The notes: a model not told the origin generated them from the sequence alone. Positions 46,561 through 56,840 are shown, numbered from the stretch's first letter. The stretch: 64,000 bases of DNA from Candidatus Nomurabacteria bacterium (GCA_025361085.1 JANYAX010000012.1:255-64254); one strand, 5' to 3'. Numbers and translations are program-made.

Positions 46561-47007
46561 TTATTCTTTAACTTCTGGCTTCACAACTTTTTTCGACTTT
46601 GCAACTTTTTTAACTTTTTCTTCAGTTTTAACTTCTTCTTTCTTTTCTACCTTTTTTTCTGATTTTTTAGCCTTATTTTCAAGGGTTTTTTCGATAAGAG
46701 TAAGCATAATATGACTTGTTCTCTTGTTTATACGTGAAGCTGAACCACGTGCTCTTGGCATACTACGCTTTAGAACAATACCTTTGTTAACTGTAATATT
46801 TTCTATAAATAAATTCTCAACAGAAACACCTGCCTGTTTTGCATTAGCAATAGCAGAATTCAATAATGTATTCACTGGGCCTGATGCTCTCTTTGGTAAT
46901 GTATCAAGAATAAGAAGAGCGTCGGCAACCCTTTTGCCTTTGATGAGTTCCGCTACAAGGCGAACCTTGCGGGGGGACTGTCTATAATTTTTTAGAAATG
47001 CTTTCAT
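46561..47007 (-). CDS. rplV: 50S ribosomal protein uL22 (Lys/Glu-rich C-terminal extension)
   Basis: L22 core with a KKEEVK repeat tail. Confidence 0.9.
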   Translation of the reverse strand: MKAFLKNYRQSPRKVRLVAELIKGKRVADALLILDTLPKRASGPVNTLLNSAIANAKQAGVSVENLFIENITVNKGIVLKRSMPRARGSASRINKRTSHIMLTLIEKTLENKAKKSEKKVEKKEEVKTEEKVKKVAKSKKVVKPEVKE

Positions 47008-47020
47008 AAGTTAGTTGTAA

Positions 47021-47365
47021 TTATTTTTTCTTTGAGTCAACCGCGGCCTTAGCGGATTTCGATGCAGTAATTTCGGCCTCTTTCTTCTTTATCTCTAATT
47101 CTTTCTGCATCTTACCTCCATGTCGGACGAACTTGCGTGTCAGTGAAAATTCTCCAAGTCTGTGCCCTACCATATCTTCGCTGACCAGAACCTCTACGTG
47201 AGTTTTACCATTGTGGACACCAAATACGAATCCAACCATTTCAGGAGAGATAACGCATGCACGTGACCAGGTTTTAATCATACCAGTCTCGAGTGGTTTC
47301 TTGCCGGCAATCTTTTTCAAGAGCCTTTCATCAACATATGGGCCTTTTTTAAGTGATCTTGTCAT
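47021..47365 (-). CDS. rpsS: 30S ribosomal protein uS19
   Basis: [18 protein letters not shown]…. Confidence 0.95.
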   Translation of the reverse strand: MTRSLKKGPYVDERLLKKIAGKKPLETGMIKTWSRACVISPEMVGFVFGVHNGKTHVEVLVSEDMVGHRLGEFSLTRKFVRHGGKMQKELEIKKKEAEITASKSAKAAVDSKKK

Positions 47366-47444
47366 CTGATTATTTTAGTTTTGTAAATATAAATAAGCTC
47401 TTTTGAGCTCGTTCGTCTATACTATCAAATATAAAATAAAAGTC

Positions 47445-47476
47445 AAATCCCCAGAGATGATGGTCTCTGGGGATTT
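47445..47476. terminator. Terminator hairpin (AAATCCCCAGAGA…TCTCTGGGGATTT) between pyrD and rpsS
   Basis: 13-bp perfect stem. Confidence 0.65.
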
Positions 47477-47491
47477 ATGTTAGTTGTGTTT

Positions 47492-48511
47492 TTAATACCT
47501 TTTTCGAAAAAGAACTTTGGCCGTCAGAATAATAAACGGCAAATTCCATAAGCGCAAAGAAATGCATGATCCCAATGAAATAGCATTAGCTCCCGCTTTT
47601 TTGAATTGCCATACATTGTATGGGTTCATAATACCGCCACCACCAATTATCGGCTTCGTTATACCCATTCTCCTAGCTTCTCTTATCCATGCCAAGGCAT
47701 AAGGTCTGATCGGATGTCCGGACACACCTCCACGTCCTTTGATTAAAAACTGATCCTGATGTTTGTCGAGGGGAGAAACACGATGGCCGAATTGCTTATC
47801 TTTTTTGAAATATTTCTCCTTAACAAAATCGGGTAGTTCATTGAACAGGATTGTATTTATGGCAGTGAACCCATAAATGTATTTAAGCTCTTGCAACCGC
47901 AAAGCAACTTCAATCGGGAACTGCCACCCAACTTTAACGATAATGGGTAATTCGAGCTGTGAAAGAATCGCATACTCTGGGATAAAACTTTCCAAAAAAT
48001 TGGCAAGAGCATTATGCCCGGTGTTTGGACAAGAAATATTCCAATTCAAGAATATTTTAGAAGCAGAAAATTTATGAAGATTTTCTTTCAGAAGCAATAC
48101 GATAAGCCTTGCTTCCCCTGTTCTTTCCTCAGCAGTATCTCCCACTAACATTATTGAAAGATGAAGCTCTCCTTTTATTTTATAGAGCTTACCTTGTCTA
48201 AGGATGGGGCCCAATCCAGGACCGGAAAGTGAAAAGTTATTCACCATCCAGCCTTTCCAAAAATTTAACCCCACACACTTGGGGAACATCTTTTCAAGAG
48301 AGTAGCCATCCGAGGCAAGTTGCGCATTACCAATTCTTTTGGTCGCCGTCGAGGTTTTGGATTGAAATGTAACCCAATTCCGAAGAATTAGTCCAAACAA
48401 CCCAAGGGTCAGAATGTTCAGGAGAAGATAATGTTTATAACCCTCCCCCATAAAACCCAAGCTACCAGACGCAGCTATCACAGGTTTAGCAAAATAATGA
48501 TGTTTCTTCAT
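47492..48511 (-). CDS. pyrD: Dihydroorotate dehydrogenase-family TIM-barrel flavoenzyme (PyrD-like)
   Basis: NISCPNTG active-site loop, GGGGI phosphate-binding motif. Confidence 0.6.
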   Translation of the reverse strand: MKKHHYFAKPVIAASGSLGFMGEGYKHYLLLNILTLGLFGLILRNWVTFQSKTSTATKRIGNAQLASDGYSLEKMFPKCVGLNFWKGWMVNNFSLSGPGLGPILRQGKLYKIKGELHLSIMLVGDTAEERTGEARLIVLLLKENLHKFSASKIFLNWNISCPNTGHNALANFLESFIPEYAILSQLELPIIVKVGWQFPIEVALRLQELKYIYGFTAINTILFNELPDFVKEKYFKKDKQFGHRVSPLDKHQDQFLIKGRGGVSGHPIRPYALAWIREARRMGITKPIIGGGGIMNPYNVWQFKKAGANAISLGSCISLRLWNLPFIILTAKVLFRKRY

Positions 48512-48671
48512 GATTCTTTTTTATTAAGTTTTGTTTATTATTTCAATTAGTTCAATTAAGGAATACCACAAAATCACCAAAGTAGCAAATACTACTTTTG
48601 ACAAAAAATTATCAAGATGTAGTATAAGGAAAAACGAAAAATAATTTCTAAACTCTTTATAAATCAATACA

Positions 48672-49778
48672 ATGAAAAAATCATTTCAAATCTTGTTGCC
48701 TTTTGACAGGCACGGCCACTTGCGTGAAGTAAATACGCTTATGCCTGAAGTCCTGATTCATTCACTGAAAAGTTTTTGGGGTATGGTTGTTATGCCAAAT
48801 ACTGCTATCCCAATTACTGATTATGAATCTGCAGTGCGTTATCGTGAAGAAATAAAAACCCTAAGCAATAAGTATGGGTTTGGGGGGAATTTCCTTCCGG
48901 TCATGACTGGCTACCTGACCGACAATACAAATCCGGAAAATGTAAAGAGCGGATTTCTAAATGGTGCATGGAAAGCCATGAAACTCTATCCACACGGTGC
49001 GACAACAAACTCCGACAAAGGTGTTACTAAACTGGAAAAAATATTTCCGGTATTAGAAATGATGCAAAAAATCGGAATGTCGGTGCTTGTTCATCCAGAA
49101 ACAGATGTTTCAAGGAGCGATATTCCATTCATGGACAGAGAGCGCGTATACACAGAAGAGTCATTGTTTTTAATCCATGAACGTTTTCCTGAATTAACCA
49201 TTTCGGTTGAACACATTTCAACCCGAGAAGCCATGGAATTTGTTGAGTGGTGTCCAGATAATGTTGTTGGAACAATAACTCCGCAACATATCATGTATAC
49301 ACATGATGCACTTTTCCATAATGGAGTCCCCCCGTTTAAACCAGGGCTCTACCCTGAGAATATGTGCTTGCCGATACTAAAAACACAGGATGATGTAAAT
49401 TACATCCGAAATGCCATCATGCACGGAGAGAGAAGATACAAATTCGGAGCTGGGACAGATACTGCACCTCACACCCAAACAGCAAAGAAAGAAAACTGTA
49501 GCAGATGTGGGGTGTTCAATGCCTCACACGCCGTTGAGTTCTACACCATGATCTTTGACCAGGAAGGGATGCTAAACGATGAGAAAGGAATTCAAACTTT
49601 CCAAAACTTTATGTCCGTAAACAATTTATGGATTTATGGAATTAAAGAATTTCCAACTGAAATGATCACTCTGGTAAAAGAAGATCAGCAAATCCCTGAA
49701 ATTTATCCGGGAGACATTCGACCTTTCAAAGCCGGTCAGACTATCCCTTGGACAATGAAAAGGGAGTTGATTAAATAA
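48672..49778 (+). CDS. pyrC: Dihydroorotase (amidohydrolase family)
   Basis: FDRHGHLRE metal-binding motif, VMPNT motif, additional His ligands. Confidence 0.7.
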   Translation: MKKSFQILLPFDRHGHLREVNTLMPEVLIHSLKSFWGMVVMPNTAIPITDYESAVRYREEIKTLSNKYGFGGNFLPVMTGYLTDNTNPENVKSGFLNGAWKAMKLYPHGATTNSDKGVTKLEKIFPVLEMMQKIGMSVLVHPETDVSRSDIPFMDRERVYTEESLFLIHERFPELTISVEHISTREAMEFVEWCPDNVVGTITPQHIMYTHDALFHNGVPPFKPGLYPENMCLPILKTQDDVNYIRNAIMHGERRYKFGAGTDTAPHTQTAKKENCSRCGVFNASHAVEFYTMIFDQEGMLNDEKGIQTFQNFMSVNNLWIYGIKEFPTEMITLVKEDQQIPEIYPGDIRPFKAGQTIPWTMKRELIK

Positions 49779-49799
49779 AATTGATTAAAAAACCTATAA

Positions 49800-49832
49800 A
49801 GAACCCCGCGAACACTGCGGGGTTTTCATTTG
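49800..49832 (+). terminator. Rho-independent terminator (AACCCCGCGAACACTGCGGGGTT + T-rich)
   Basis: Hairpin after the pyrC stop. Confidence 0.65.
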
Positions 49833-49892
49833 GCTTAATTTGACAAAAACCTGTGAAAATATAAGATGTGGGAAAACTAATCCTTAAAAAAT

Positions 49893-50624
49893 ATGGTTCC
49901 AGAAGAAAGATTTAATTCGAAAGAAATCAGCAAAGCGATAGCTTTGGCTGGGTTAAAGATCGGGGCAGTTAAAATAAGACCAGAGGATCCCTTTTTGTGG
50001 GCATCGGGTACTTATAACCCGATCTACAATGACAATCGGAGGTTTTTGTTTTATCCGGCATATCGCGAACTCATTACAAATGGGTTTGCCGAAATTATTT
50101 ACAAATTGGGTTTACATACAAATCCTAATTTAGTAATCGCTGGTACTTCAACCGCAGGGATTCCCCATGGATCCGCCCTTGCTACAAAACTTCACGTCCC
50201 CTTTATCTACATCCGGGATAAGCCGAAGGATCATGGACTCAAAAACCAAATCGAGGGAATTGATGTGGACGAAGATCTCAAAGGTTATCACGTCGTATTA
50301 ATCGAGGACTTAATTTCGACAGGGGGCAGTAGTGTCGCTGCAATTGCTGCAATACGAAACGCCAGCGGTTCCTGCAACTTATGTCTTTCGATTTTTAATT
50401 ACGGATTACCGAACCCCCCAAAAATGTTTAATGGAGATATCCCTTATAACGAAAAGGGAGATCGGCTACAAAGCCCCTGTGAAATAACTTCTTTACTTTA
50501 CTATCCTAAGCTGATATCCATAGGGATAGAAAAAGGATTAGTGAGTAAAAATCACGAGAAAACATTACTAGAGTGGATGAGTAATCAACCACACTGGGGT
50601 GAAAATCACGGATTCGTCCGATAA
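49893..50624 (+). CDS. pyrE: Orotate phosphoribosyltransferase (type I PRTase)
   Basis: PRPP-binding motif VVLIEDLISTGGS. Confidence 0.7.
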   Translation: MVPEERFNSKEISKAIALAGLKIGAVKIRPEDPFLWASGTYNPIYNDNRRFLFYPAYRELITNGFAEIIYKLGLHTNPNLVIAGTSTAGIPHGSALATKLHVPFIYIRDKPKDHGLKNQIEGIDVDEDLKGYHVVLIEDLISTGGSSVAAIAAIRNASGSCNLCLSIFNYGLPNPPKMFNGDIPYNEKGDRLQSPCEITSLLYYPKLISIGIEKGLVSKNHEKTLLEWMSNQPHWGENHGFVR

Positions 50625-50666
50625 AAAAAGAGCGCGCAGATACAATCTTGCGCGCTTTGTTTTTTC
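50624..50666. terminator. Bidirectional terminator (AGCGCGCA … TGCGCGCT flanked by A-run and T-run) between convergent pyrE and pyrF
   Basis: Hairpin with flanking A-run and T-run. Confidence 0.7.
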
Positions 50667-50674
50667 CTTCAGAA

Positions 50675-51460
50675 TTACTTTTCAATTTCTGCCATTGTCA
50701 ATCGGCAACTTTCTTCGGCACCTATACCAAGTTGCAAATTGCCTTTGGTTAATTGAGCTCCCATGACAACAAAAGTAGCTCCTAGATCAAGAGCTTCTCG
50801 GACTCCTGTTGTTCGTTTTTGGTGTTCGCCGGCCTTTTCCATCCATTTATCACGGATACCTGGGACAACAAAACCGCAACCAGCATAACAATTGAGATGA
50901 AGCATTGAAAGCTCGTGAGCTGAACATACAACCAGATCGTATGGCTCGGGGTTAATGTCTTTCTCAAATTTGATCTTCTTTTGATAGAATGAACGAAGCC
51001 GATCAATGTCAGAATAAATCTTATCAGCTGGGGTCATTCCAAAACGATCGACACATTCATCTTCACTTATATCAGTCGGTAGTGAGACCATCGCCAATTT
51101 GGTATTTGGCAATAACTTCCGAAGTTCAATGATGCCGGCGACGCTACATCCTGAAGATACAGTCAGGATGTTGGCTGGTGTATTTAAGTATTTTCTTAAT
51201 ACATTTACCAATGTGGCCGAAACATCGAAAATCTTTAAATCCAGGAAAAATCCGATCGGTAAACCTTTCCCTTTTAGACACTGCACAATCTCTTCGACGA
51301 TTTGTGGACCACCCAGATCCAAGTTGTGAACTCCGTCATTCAGTTTGATGTGAGAAATGATGTCCGTTAGACCTTTTATGTTTAGTGTCTTTTCAAGGGC
51401 ACCAAACAATGCGGCGGCTGTGGCATAGCCGTCGAGAGGAAGAATTGCTACTCTTTTCAT
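50675..51460 (-). CDS. pyrF: Orotidine-5'-phosphate decarboxylase
   Basis: DLKIFD (DxKxxD) catalytic motif. TIM-barrel length. Confidence 0.65.
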   Translation of the reverse strand: MKRVAILPLDGYATAAALFGALEKTLNIKGLTDIISHIKLNDGVHNLDLGGPQIVEEIVQCLKGKGLPIGFFLDLKIFDVSATLVNVLRKYLNTPANILTVSSGCSVAGIIELRKLLPNTKLAMVSLPTDISEDECVDRFGMTPADKIYSDIDRLRSFYQKKIKFEKDINPEPYDLVVCSAHELSMLHLNCYAGCGFVVPGIRDKWMEKAGEHQKRTTGVREALDLGATFVVMGAQLTKGNLQLGIGAEESCRLTMAEIEK

Positions 51461-51541
51461 AATAAATTGATTAATTTTAAATAACTAGATTTTTATTAGT
51501 TCAACCCTATTACAACTAATTAACTGTCTGAAAACAAAATG

Positions 51542-51772
51542 TTAACAAATTAAAATAGTGTACCGACAGTTTTGTTGATACCACATTTGTCTTAACCGTC
51601 GTATCTTCCTACGAGAAAAAAATCTGAAATCGCCATAGAACGCATATTCATTCCATTTGCGACGAAGTTCTTTTTTGAAAGATTTTTTACTCCCAAAAAA
51701 GACAAGAAGCTTTTCTGAGTTGTCACTCAATCCAAGGTTCTTATTCCGGATATTAGATAACAATTTCATCAT
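51542..51772 (-). CDS. Small basic hypothetical protein (76 aa)
   Basis: ORF only. No recognisable motifs. Confidence 0.2.
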   Translation of the reverse strand: MMKLLSNIRNKNLGLSDNSEKLLVFFGSKKSFKKELRRKWNEYAFYGDFRFFSRRKIRRLRQMWYQQNCRYTILIC

Positions 51773-51894
51773 TTAATATCGTCTTCTAAATTTTTTCATT
51801 TTCAAGATTTTAAGTTAAATTTATCTTAACATTATTCTTTTTCCCCTTTTTGTCAAATAGAAAATGGGCCATAACGACCCATTAACTTAAAATT

Positions 51895-52116
51895 TTACCC
51901 AACTGATCTGCCAAAATTACTAAAACTAAAACTCCGCATCCTCTTCTGCAACCTCAGAACGACTTCTACTAAGTGTTCATAGGCAATCCTTTGCGATTCA
52001 TAATCGCCATTCGGAAAAGGATTTTCATCAAGATATTTCCTAAGTTCGAGTTGAAGATCCTCTTCTTCTTTTCTATTTCTTGCGTGCATTTTTGCGACGC
52101 TTTCTTGTGTTGCCAT
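51895..52116 (-). CDS. Small hypothetical protein (73 aa)
   Basis: ORF only. Charged helical composition. Confidence 0.25.
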   Translation of the reverse strand: MATQESVAKMHARNRKEEEDLQLELRKYLDENPFPNGDYESQRIAYEHLVEVVLRLQKRMRSFSFSNFGRSVG

Positions 52117-52232
52117 TTTGTGAAAAATTAATAATTTTATTTGATACTACAATTATCAGTAATTTAAGTCAAATAAACAACTGTAACACTTACAAACGGC
52201 CGTTGCTATCTGTTACAAAAATCATGTACATC

Positions 52233-52258
52233 AAAAAACTCCCCGAAGGGAGTTTTTT
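52233..52258. terminator. Bidirectional terminator (AAAAAACTCCC-cgaa-GGGAGTTTTTT) downstream of rplB
   Basis: Perfect stem with an A-run and a T-run. Confidence 0.7.
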
Positions 52259-52346
52259 GATGATAGAATTTTTGTTGTTATTAAGACTTCTTTGTTTTTC
52301 CTCTGCCTGCGCAAGCGGGCAACCTTTTGGCAAAAATAATTTTTCT

Positions 52347-53198
52347 CTACTTATTATTTTTAGTTTTACCGACACGTCTTCGACTGACAATCCACATGTT
52401 TGAATACTTCTTTGGTGTTCTTGTTTTTTGGCCTTTTCCTGTTGGTTTACCCCACATACTTTTGGCTCGGCGTAGTCCGCGTCCTTGGCGTCCTTCACCT
52501 CCACCGTGTGGGTGATCAACTGGGTTCATCGCAGTACCACGAACAGTTGGGCGAATACCCTTCCAACGTGAGCGTCCTGCTTTCCCAAAATTTTGAAGTT
52601 TATATTCACTATTTGAAACTTCTCCAATAGAAGCCCAAGCATTTTCTTGAACTTTTCTGACTTCAGTTGATGGCATTTTGATATTGGTATAACCAAGATC
52701 ATTTGCGACAACTTGTCCGAACGTTCCAGCCGAGCGTGCGAGCTTGCCACCATTGCCTGGTTTGATTTCAATATTGTAAACAAATGTTCCAATTGGAATT
52801 ATTCGAAGTGGTAATCTGTTCCCAATTGTAAGAGGAGCTTTTTCTGAAACGATGAAAATATCTCCAACTTTCATTGACTTAGGGACGATAACGTATCTTT
52901 TCTCTCCATCGGCGTAACAAGCAAGACTGATGAATGCATTACGATTTGGATCATACTCAATTGAAGTTATCTTCGCAGGGATATCATGCTTGTTGTACAT
53001 GAAATCTATCTCACGATAAAGACGCTTGTGACCACCCCCTTTGTGGCGAGTAGTGATACGCCCTTGATTATTTCTTCCAACTGAACGTTTGAAACCTTTT
53101 GTTAAAGATTTCTCCGGAGTACCTTTGGTCAATACATTTCTGTAAGTGACAGTAGTCTGGTGACGTTTTGCTGGACTTGTAGGTCTATATGTTTTCAT
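52347..53198 (-). CDS. rplB: 50S ribosomal protein uL2
   Basis: 283 aa, typical L2. Confidence 0.95.
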   Translation of the reverse strand: MKTYRPTSPAKRHQTTVTYRNVLTKGTPEKSLTKGFKRSVGRNNQGRITTRHKGGGHKRLYREIDFMYNKHDIPAKITSIEYDPNRNAFISLACYADGEKRYVIVPKSMKVGDIFIVSEKAPLTIGNRLPLRIIPIGTFVYNIEIKPGNGGKLARSAGTFGQVVANDLGYTNIKMPSTEVRKVQENAWASIGEVSNSEYKLQNFGKAGRSRWKGIRPTVRGTAMNPVDHPHGGGEGRQGRGLRRAKSMWGKPTGKGQKTRTPKKYSNMWIVSRRRVGKTKNNK

Positions 53199-53210
53199 AA
53201 TTTATATTGT

Positions 53211-53251
53211 CCACATGTCGGACTTGTGTTTCCCACAAGTCCGACATGTGG
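53211..53251. promoter_or_regulatory. Perfect 18-bp-stem hairpin (CCACATGTCGGACTTGTG-tttcc-CACAAGTCCGACATGTGG) in the rplW-rplB intercistronic region
   Basis: Read directly. Lies between the rplW stop (53258) and the rplB start (53198). Confidence 0.6.
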
Positions 53252-53257
53252 TCTATT

Positions 53258-53587
53258 CTATGCAAATACTATTTTATCTCCTTTCTTCAAATGTACGACC
53301 GCTTTCTTCCCTCCTTGTTTGATACTTACAATTCCACGACGAGTAACGGTTTTCTTCGCAATTTGTGTAACTGCAACTCGAACTGGCATAACCCCATAAA
53401 CCAACTTGATGGCTTTTTTAATTTCATTCTTGTTAGCGCTTTGAGCTACGTTGAAAGTATAAACCCCTTTCTCTGCGTTGATAGCAGATTTTTCGGTGAC
53501 ACGTGCACCTTTTAGAAGTGGATGAGTTTTCTCTTTCTTTGTGTCTACTTTCTCTTCTTTATTCTTTTTTGTTTTTGTTGTTGCCAT
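53258..53587 (-). CDS. rplW: 50S ribosomal protein uL23
   Basis: L23 core with a Lys-rich N-terminus. Confidence 0.85.
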   Translation of the reverse strand: MATTKTKKNKEEKVDTKKEKTHPLLKGARVTEKSAINAEKGVYTFNVAQSANKNEIKKAIKLVYGVMPVRVAVTQIAKKTVTRRGIVSIKQGGKKAVVHLKKGDKIVFA

Positions 53588-53598
53588 ATACTATAAAG

Positions 53599-54360
53599 CT
53601 ATTTCTGCTTTTCCATTTTGCCACCCAAGAAAGCAAAACTTTCTGTTGGCTGTGAAATAATAATATACTTGAAAGCAAGCAAATCCACCGGATTTATATT
53701 GCGTATTTCGTCAATTTCAACCGTTTTAATATTGGCAAAACTCTTCTTCAAAGTATCACTTTTAGCTGGAACTGTTACATATGTATTCGGCTTTTTACCA
53801 CCAACCATTCTTTCAAAACCTTTGACTGTACTCAATTCTTTCATGACTGCTACAGCATCTTTAGTTTTGATATTTTTAAGAGTTAATTCTTCAACGAAAA
53901 GAATATTTCCTTTTCGAAATTTCTCAGAAAGTACGGTGAAAAGTGCTTTCGTCTTCATCTTCTTGTTTATTTTCTGATCATAACTCTTTTCATTGCGTGG
54001 CCCATGTGCAACTCCTCCACCAACCCATATTGGAGAACGGCTTGAACCGTGACGAGCACGACCTGTACCTTTTTGTCTCCATGGTTTCCTTCCTCCTCCA
54101 CGAACTTCTCCGCGTGTCTTTGTGTGAGCAACTGGTGTACGAGCATTTGCTTGCATCGCAGTTACTACTTGGTGAACTAGGTCACCATTCCAAGACAAAC
54201 CAAAGATTGATTCTGGAAGTGAAAGTTTCCCGACTGACTTTCCTTTTTGATTATATACGTCAGTTGTCATTACTTTTTCGGCTGTGACAGGCTTTACTTT
54301 TTTGACGGTCTCTTCAGCTACAACTTCACTATTCTTTTTTGTTGTTTCTTTTATAGTCAT
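53599..54360 (-). CDS. rplD: 50S ribosomal protein uL4 (possible ~30-aa N-terminal extension)
   Basis: L4 core. An alternative start at MTTDVYNQ would be about 54270. Confidence 0.9.
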   Translation of the reverse strand: MTIKETTKKNSEVVAEETVKKVKPVTAEKVMTTDVYNQKGKSVGKLSLPESIFGLSWNGDLVHQVVTAMQANARTPVAHTKTRGEVRGGGRKPWRQKGTGRARHGSSRSPIWVGGGVAHGPRNEKSYDQKINKKMKTKALFTVLSEKFRKGNILFVEELTLKNIKTKDAVAVMKELSTVKGFERMVGGKKPNTYVTVPAKSDTLKKSFANIKTVEIDEIRNINPVDLLAFKYIIISQPTESFAFLGGKMEKQK

Positions 54361-54364
54361 AAAA

Positions 54365-55018
54365 TTAGCCGATGATTTCTACGAGCGTTCCACGGCGTCC
54401 AGGAATCGCACCCTTAATAAGTAATTGATTGTTTTCGAGATCAACTCCAATAACTTCAAGATTCTTTATTGTGATACGATCTCCACCCATACGACCTCCC
54501 ATGCGCATTCCTTTTGGAACTTTATTTCGAAGACCTCCTCCGATAGAACCCGGTTCACGTTCTGAGTGTTTTTGACCATGCGATCGTGGCCCACCGTGGA
54601 AACCATGGCGTTTAACAACACCTTGGAAACCTTTACTTTTTGAAATACCAGAAACTGTTATGACGTCGCCTTTTTTAAATACGCCAACGTTTATAGTATC
54701 TCCTTCTTTTATTTCTTCAATGTCTCTGAATTCTCGAAGATGTTTGTAAGCACTGCCATCTTTCTCACCACCTTCTTTTTCAGTTTGTCCTGCATGCGCA
54801 GGCCTGGATGCCAAGACATGCCCAAGATGTGCCTTTGTCGCACGACTTGCTTTTTGTTCTTCGAAAGCAACTTGAATCGCTGTGTATCCATCGACGTCGG
54901 GGCTCTTTACTTGAGTCACGACGATAGGACCAGCAGAAATAACTGTTGCTGGAACTGCTGTACCATCTTCTAGAAAGCACTGCATCATATGCTGTTTTTT
55001 ACCAAGAATGAATTTCAT
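54365..55018 (-). CDS. rplC: 50S ribosomal protein uL3
   Basis: Typical L3. Confidence 0.95.
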   Translation of the reverse strand: MKFILGKKQHMMQCFLEDGTAVPATVISAGPIVVTQVKSPDVDGYTAIQVAFEEQKASRATKAHLGHVLASRPAHAGQTEKEGGEKDGSAYKHLREFRDIEEIKEGDTINVGVFKKGDVITVSGISKSKGFQGVVKRHGFHGGPRSHGQKHSEREPGSIGGGLRNKVPKGMRMGGRMGGDRITIKNLEVIGVDLENNQLLIKGAIPGRRGTLVEIIG

Positions 55019-55022
55019 ATAA

Positions 55023-55382
55023 TTACATCATTTTCACATCTATATCAACACCGGATGGTAATGATAGATTTGTGAGTGCCTCAATAGTTTTTGGATTTGG
55101 ATTCAAAATATCAATGACACGTTTATGGATTCGTATTTCGAACTGTTCACGAGCATTCTTAAAGACGAATGATGCTCGATTCACTGTATACTTTTTAATT
55201 TCTGTTGGAAGTGGAATAGGACCAACTATTTTCGCATCATAACGTAGAGCTGTATCTATAATCTGCTTGACTGAAGTGTCAAGAATTTTATTCTCGTATG
55301 CTCTTACGCGGATACGAAGCTGGACAACTACATCGTCCTTCCCTTTTTTTACTTTTGCTACTTTCTTTGTTGTCGTTGTCAT
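55023..55382 (-). CDS. rpsJ: 30S ribosomal protein uS10 (Lys-rich N-terminal extension)
   Basis: S10 core …QLRIRVRAYENKILD…. Confidence 0.9.
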   Translation of the reverse strand: MTTTTKKVAKVKKGKDDVVVQLRIRVRAYENKILDTSVKQIIDTALRYDAKIVGPIPLPTEIKKYTVNRASFVFKNAREQFEIRIHKRVIDILNPNPKTIEALTNLSLPSGVDIDVKMM

Positions 55383-55387
55383 AAAGG

Positions 55388-55445
55388 TTAGGTTCTAAGT
55401 TCTAGCTTCTAGCTTCTAATATTTCTATTATTAGAAGCTAGCGAC
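55388..55445. terminator. Hairpin / direct-repeat region between tuf and rpsJ (TAGCTTCTAATA…TATTAGAAGCTA), likely a tuf terminator or S10-operon attenuator
   Basis: Stem of about 11 bp plus TTCTAGC direct repeats. Confidence 0.5.
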
Positions 55446-55462
55446 TAGTTACTAACAACTAA

Positions 55463-56659
55463 TTATTTGTTGATTTTTGTTACGACACCTGCGCCGACTG
55501 TTTTACCACCTTCACGGATAGCAAAGTGCATTTGTTCTTCAAGCGCAACTGGGGTTACAAGTTTAACACCTAGCTTAACTGTATCTCCTGGCATAACCAT
55601 TTCTACACCAGCTGGAAGAGTTGTGTCTCCTGTAACGTCTGTTGTACGAATGTAGAATTGAGGTTTGTATCCAGTAAAGAATGGGGTGTGACGTCCGCCT
55701 TCTTCTTTCTTCAAAATGTAAACTTCACATTCGAATTCTGAATGAGGAGTAACTGTTCCTGGTTTAACAAGAACTTGTCCACGAGTAACATCTTCTTTCT
55801 TAATTCCGCGGATAAGGATACCGGCGTTGTCGCCTGCCATACCTTCTTTCAAATTTTTATTGAACATTTCGATACCAGTGACTGTTGTCTTTGCTGTATC
55901 TTTAATACCAACAATTTCAACATCTTCACCAACTTTCACAATTCCGCGTTCAATTTTACCAGTAACAACTGTTCCACGTCCTTCGATAGAAAAGATATCT
56001 TCGATAGGCATTAGGAATGGTTTTGTGATATCGCGTTCTGGAACTGGAATATATGTATCGAGAGCGTTGACCAATTCAAGAATATTTTTAGCGTATGGGT
56101 CAGAATTATCTTTTGATTCAAGCGCCTTCAAAGCTGATCCACGGATAACTGGAGCTTGTCCATCAAAGCCTTGTTTTACAAGGAGTTCACGGACTTCTTC
56201 TTCGACGAGGTCAAGCATGTCGGGGTCATCAACCATGTCGCATTTGTTTAAGAAAACGATAATTTTAGGAACGTTAACTTGCTTTGCAAGAAGGATGTGC
56301 TCACGTGTCTGTGGCATAACTCCATCTGTCGCAGCGACAACGATAACAGCACCATCCATTTGGGCAGCACCAGTAATCATGTTCTTAATATAGTCAGCGT
56401 GTCCTGGAGCATCAATGTGTGCGTAGTGACGTGTTGGTGTCCAATATTCGTTGTGAGAAAGAGCAATCGTGATACCACGAGCTTTTTCTTCTGGAGCTGA
56501 GTCGATTTGATCAACACCTTTAATTTTGGCTCCATATCCTTCACCTTGACGTGCCAAAATTGCTAAAATAGCCGCAGTTAATGTGGTTTTCCCGTGGTCG
56601 ACGTGACCAATAGTACCAACGTTAACGTGAGGCTTATCTCTGTTAAATTCTTCTGCCAT
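55463..56659 (-). CDS. tuf: Elongation factor Tu
   Basis: [18 protein letters not shown] motifs. 398 aa. Confidence 0.97.
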   Translation of the reverse strand: MAEEFNRDKPHVNVGTIGHVDHGKTTLTAAILAILARQGEGYGAKIKGVDQIDSAPEEKARGITIALSHNEYWTPTRHYAHIDAPGHADYIKNMITGAAQMDGAVIVVAATDGVMPQTREHILLAKQVNVPKIIVFLNKCDMVDDPDMLDLVEEEVRELLVKQGFDGQAPVIRGSALKALESKDNSDPYAKNILELVNALDTYIPVPERDITKPFLMPIEDIFSIEGRGTVVTGKIERGIVKVGEDVEIVGIKDTAKTTVTGIEMFNKNLKEGMAGDNAGILIRGIKKEDVTRGQVLVKPGTVTPHSEFECEVYILKKEEGGRHTPFFTGYKPQFYIRTTDVTGDTTLPAGVEMVMPGDTVKLGVKLVTPVALEEQMHFAIREGGKTVGAGVVTKINK

Positions 56660-56840
56660 ATATTTTTTTATTGGTTGGTAATTGGAATAAAATATACGAG
56701 TGTTACTTTATTCAAACTATCAACATAAATTACTATTAATAAGTTTTTATCTTATTTTTCGAAATAATGATAAAAATAAACGCAATAAAGCGATTGCCTT
56801 TCATACTAGCAAATATGAGGGAAAAGTCAAATTTACCTTT

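Noticed and set aside
54709-56500. Antisense and alternate-frame ORFs within rplC and tuf (54709-54891, 54740-54973, 55467-55655, 55742-56393)
   Set aside because: They overlap universally conserved genes (uL3, EF-Tu) in other frames. They are spurious.
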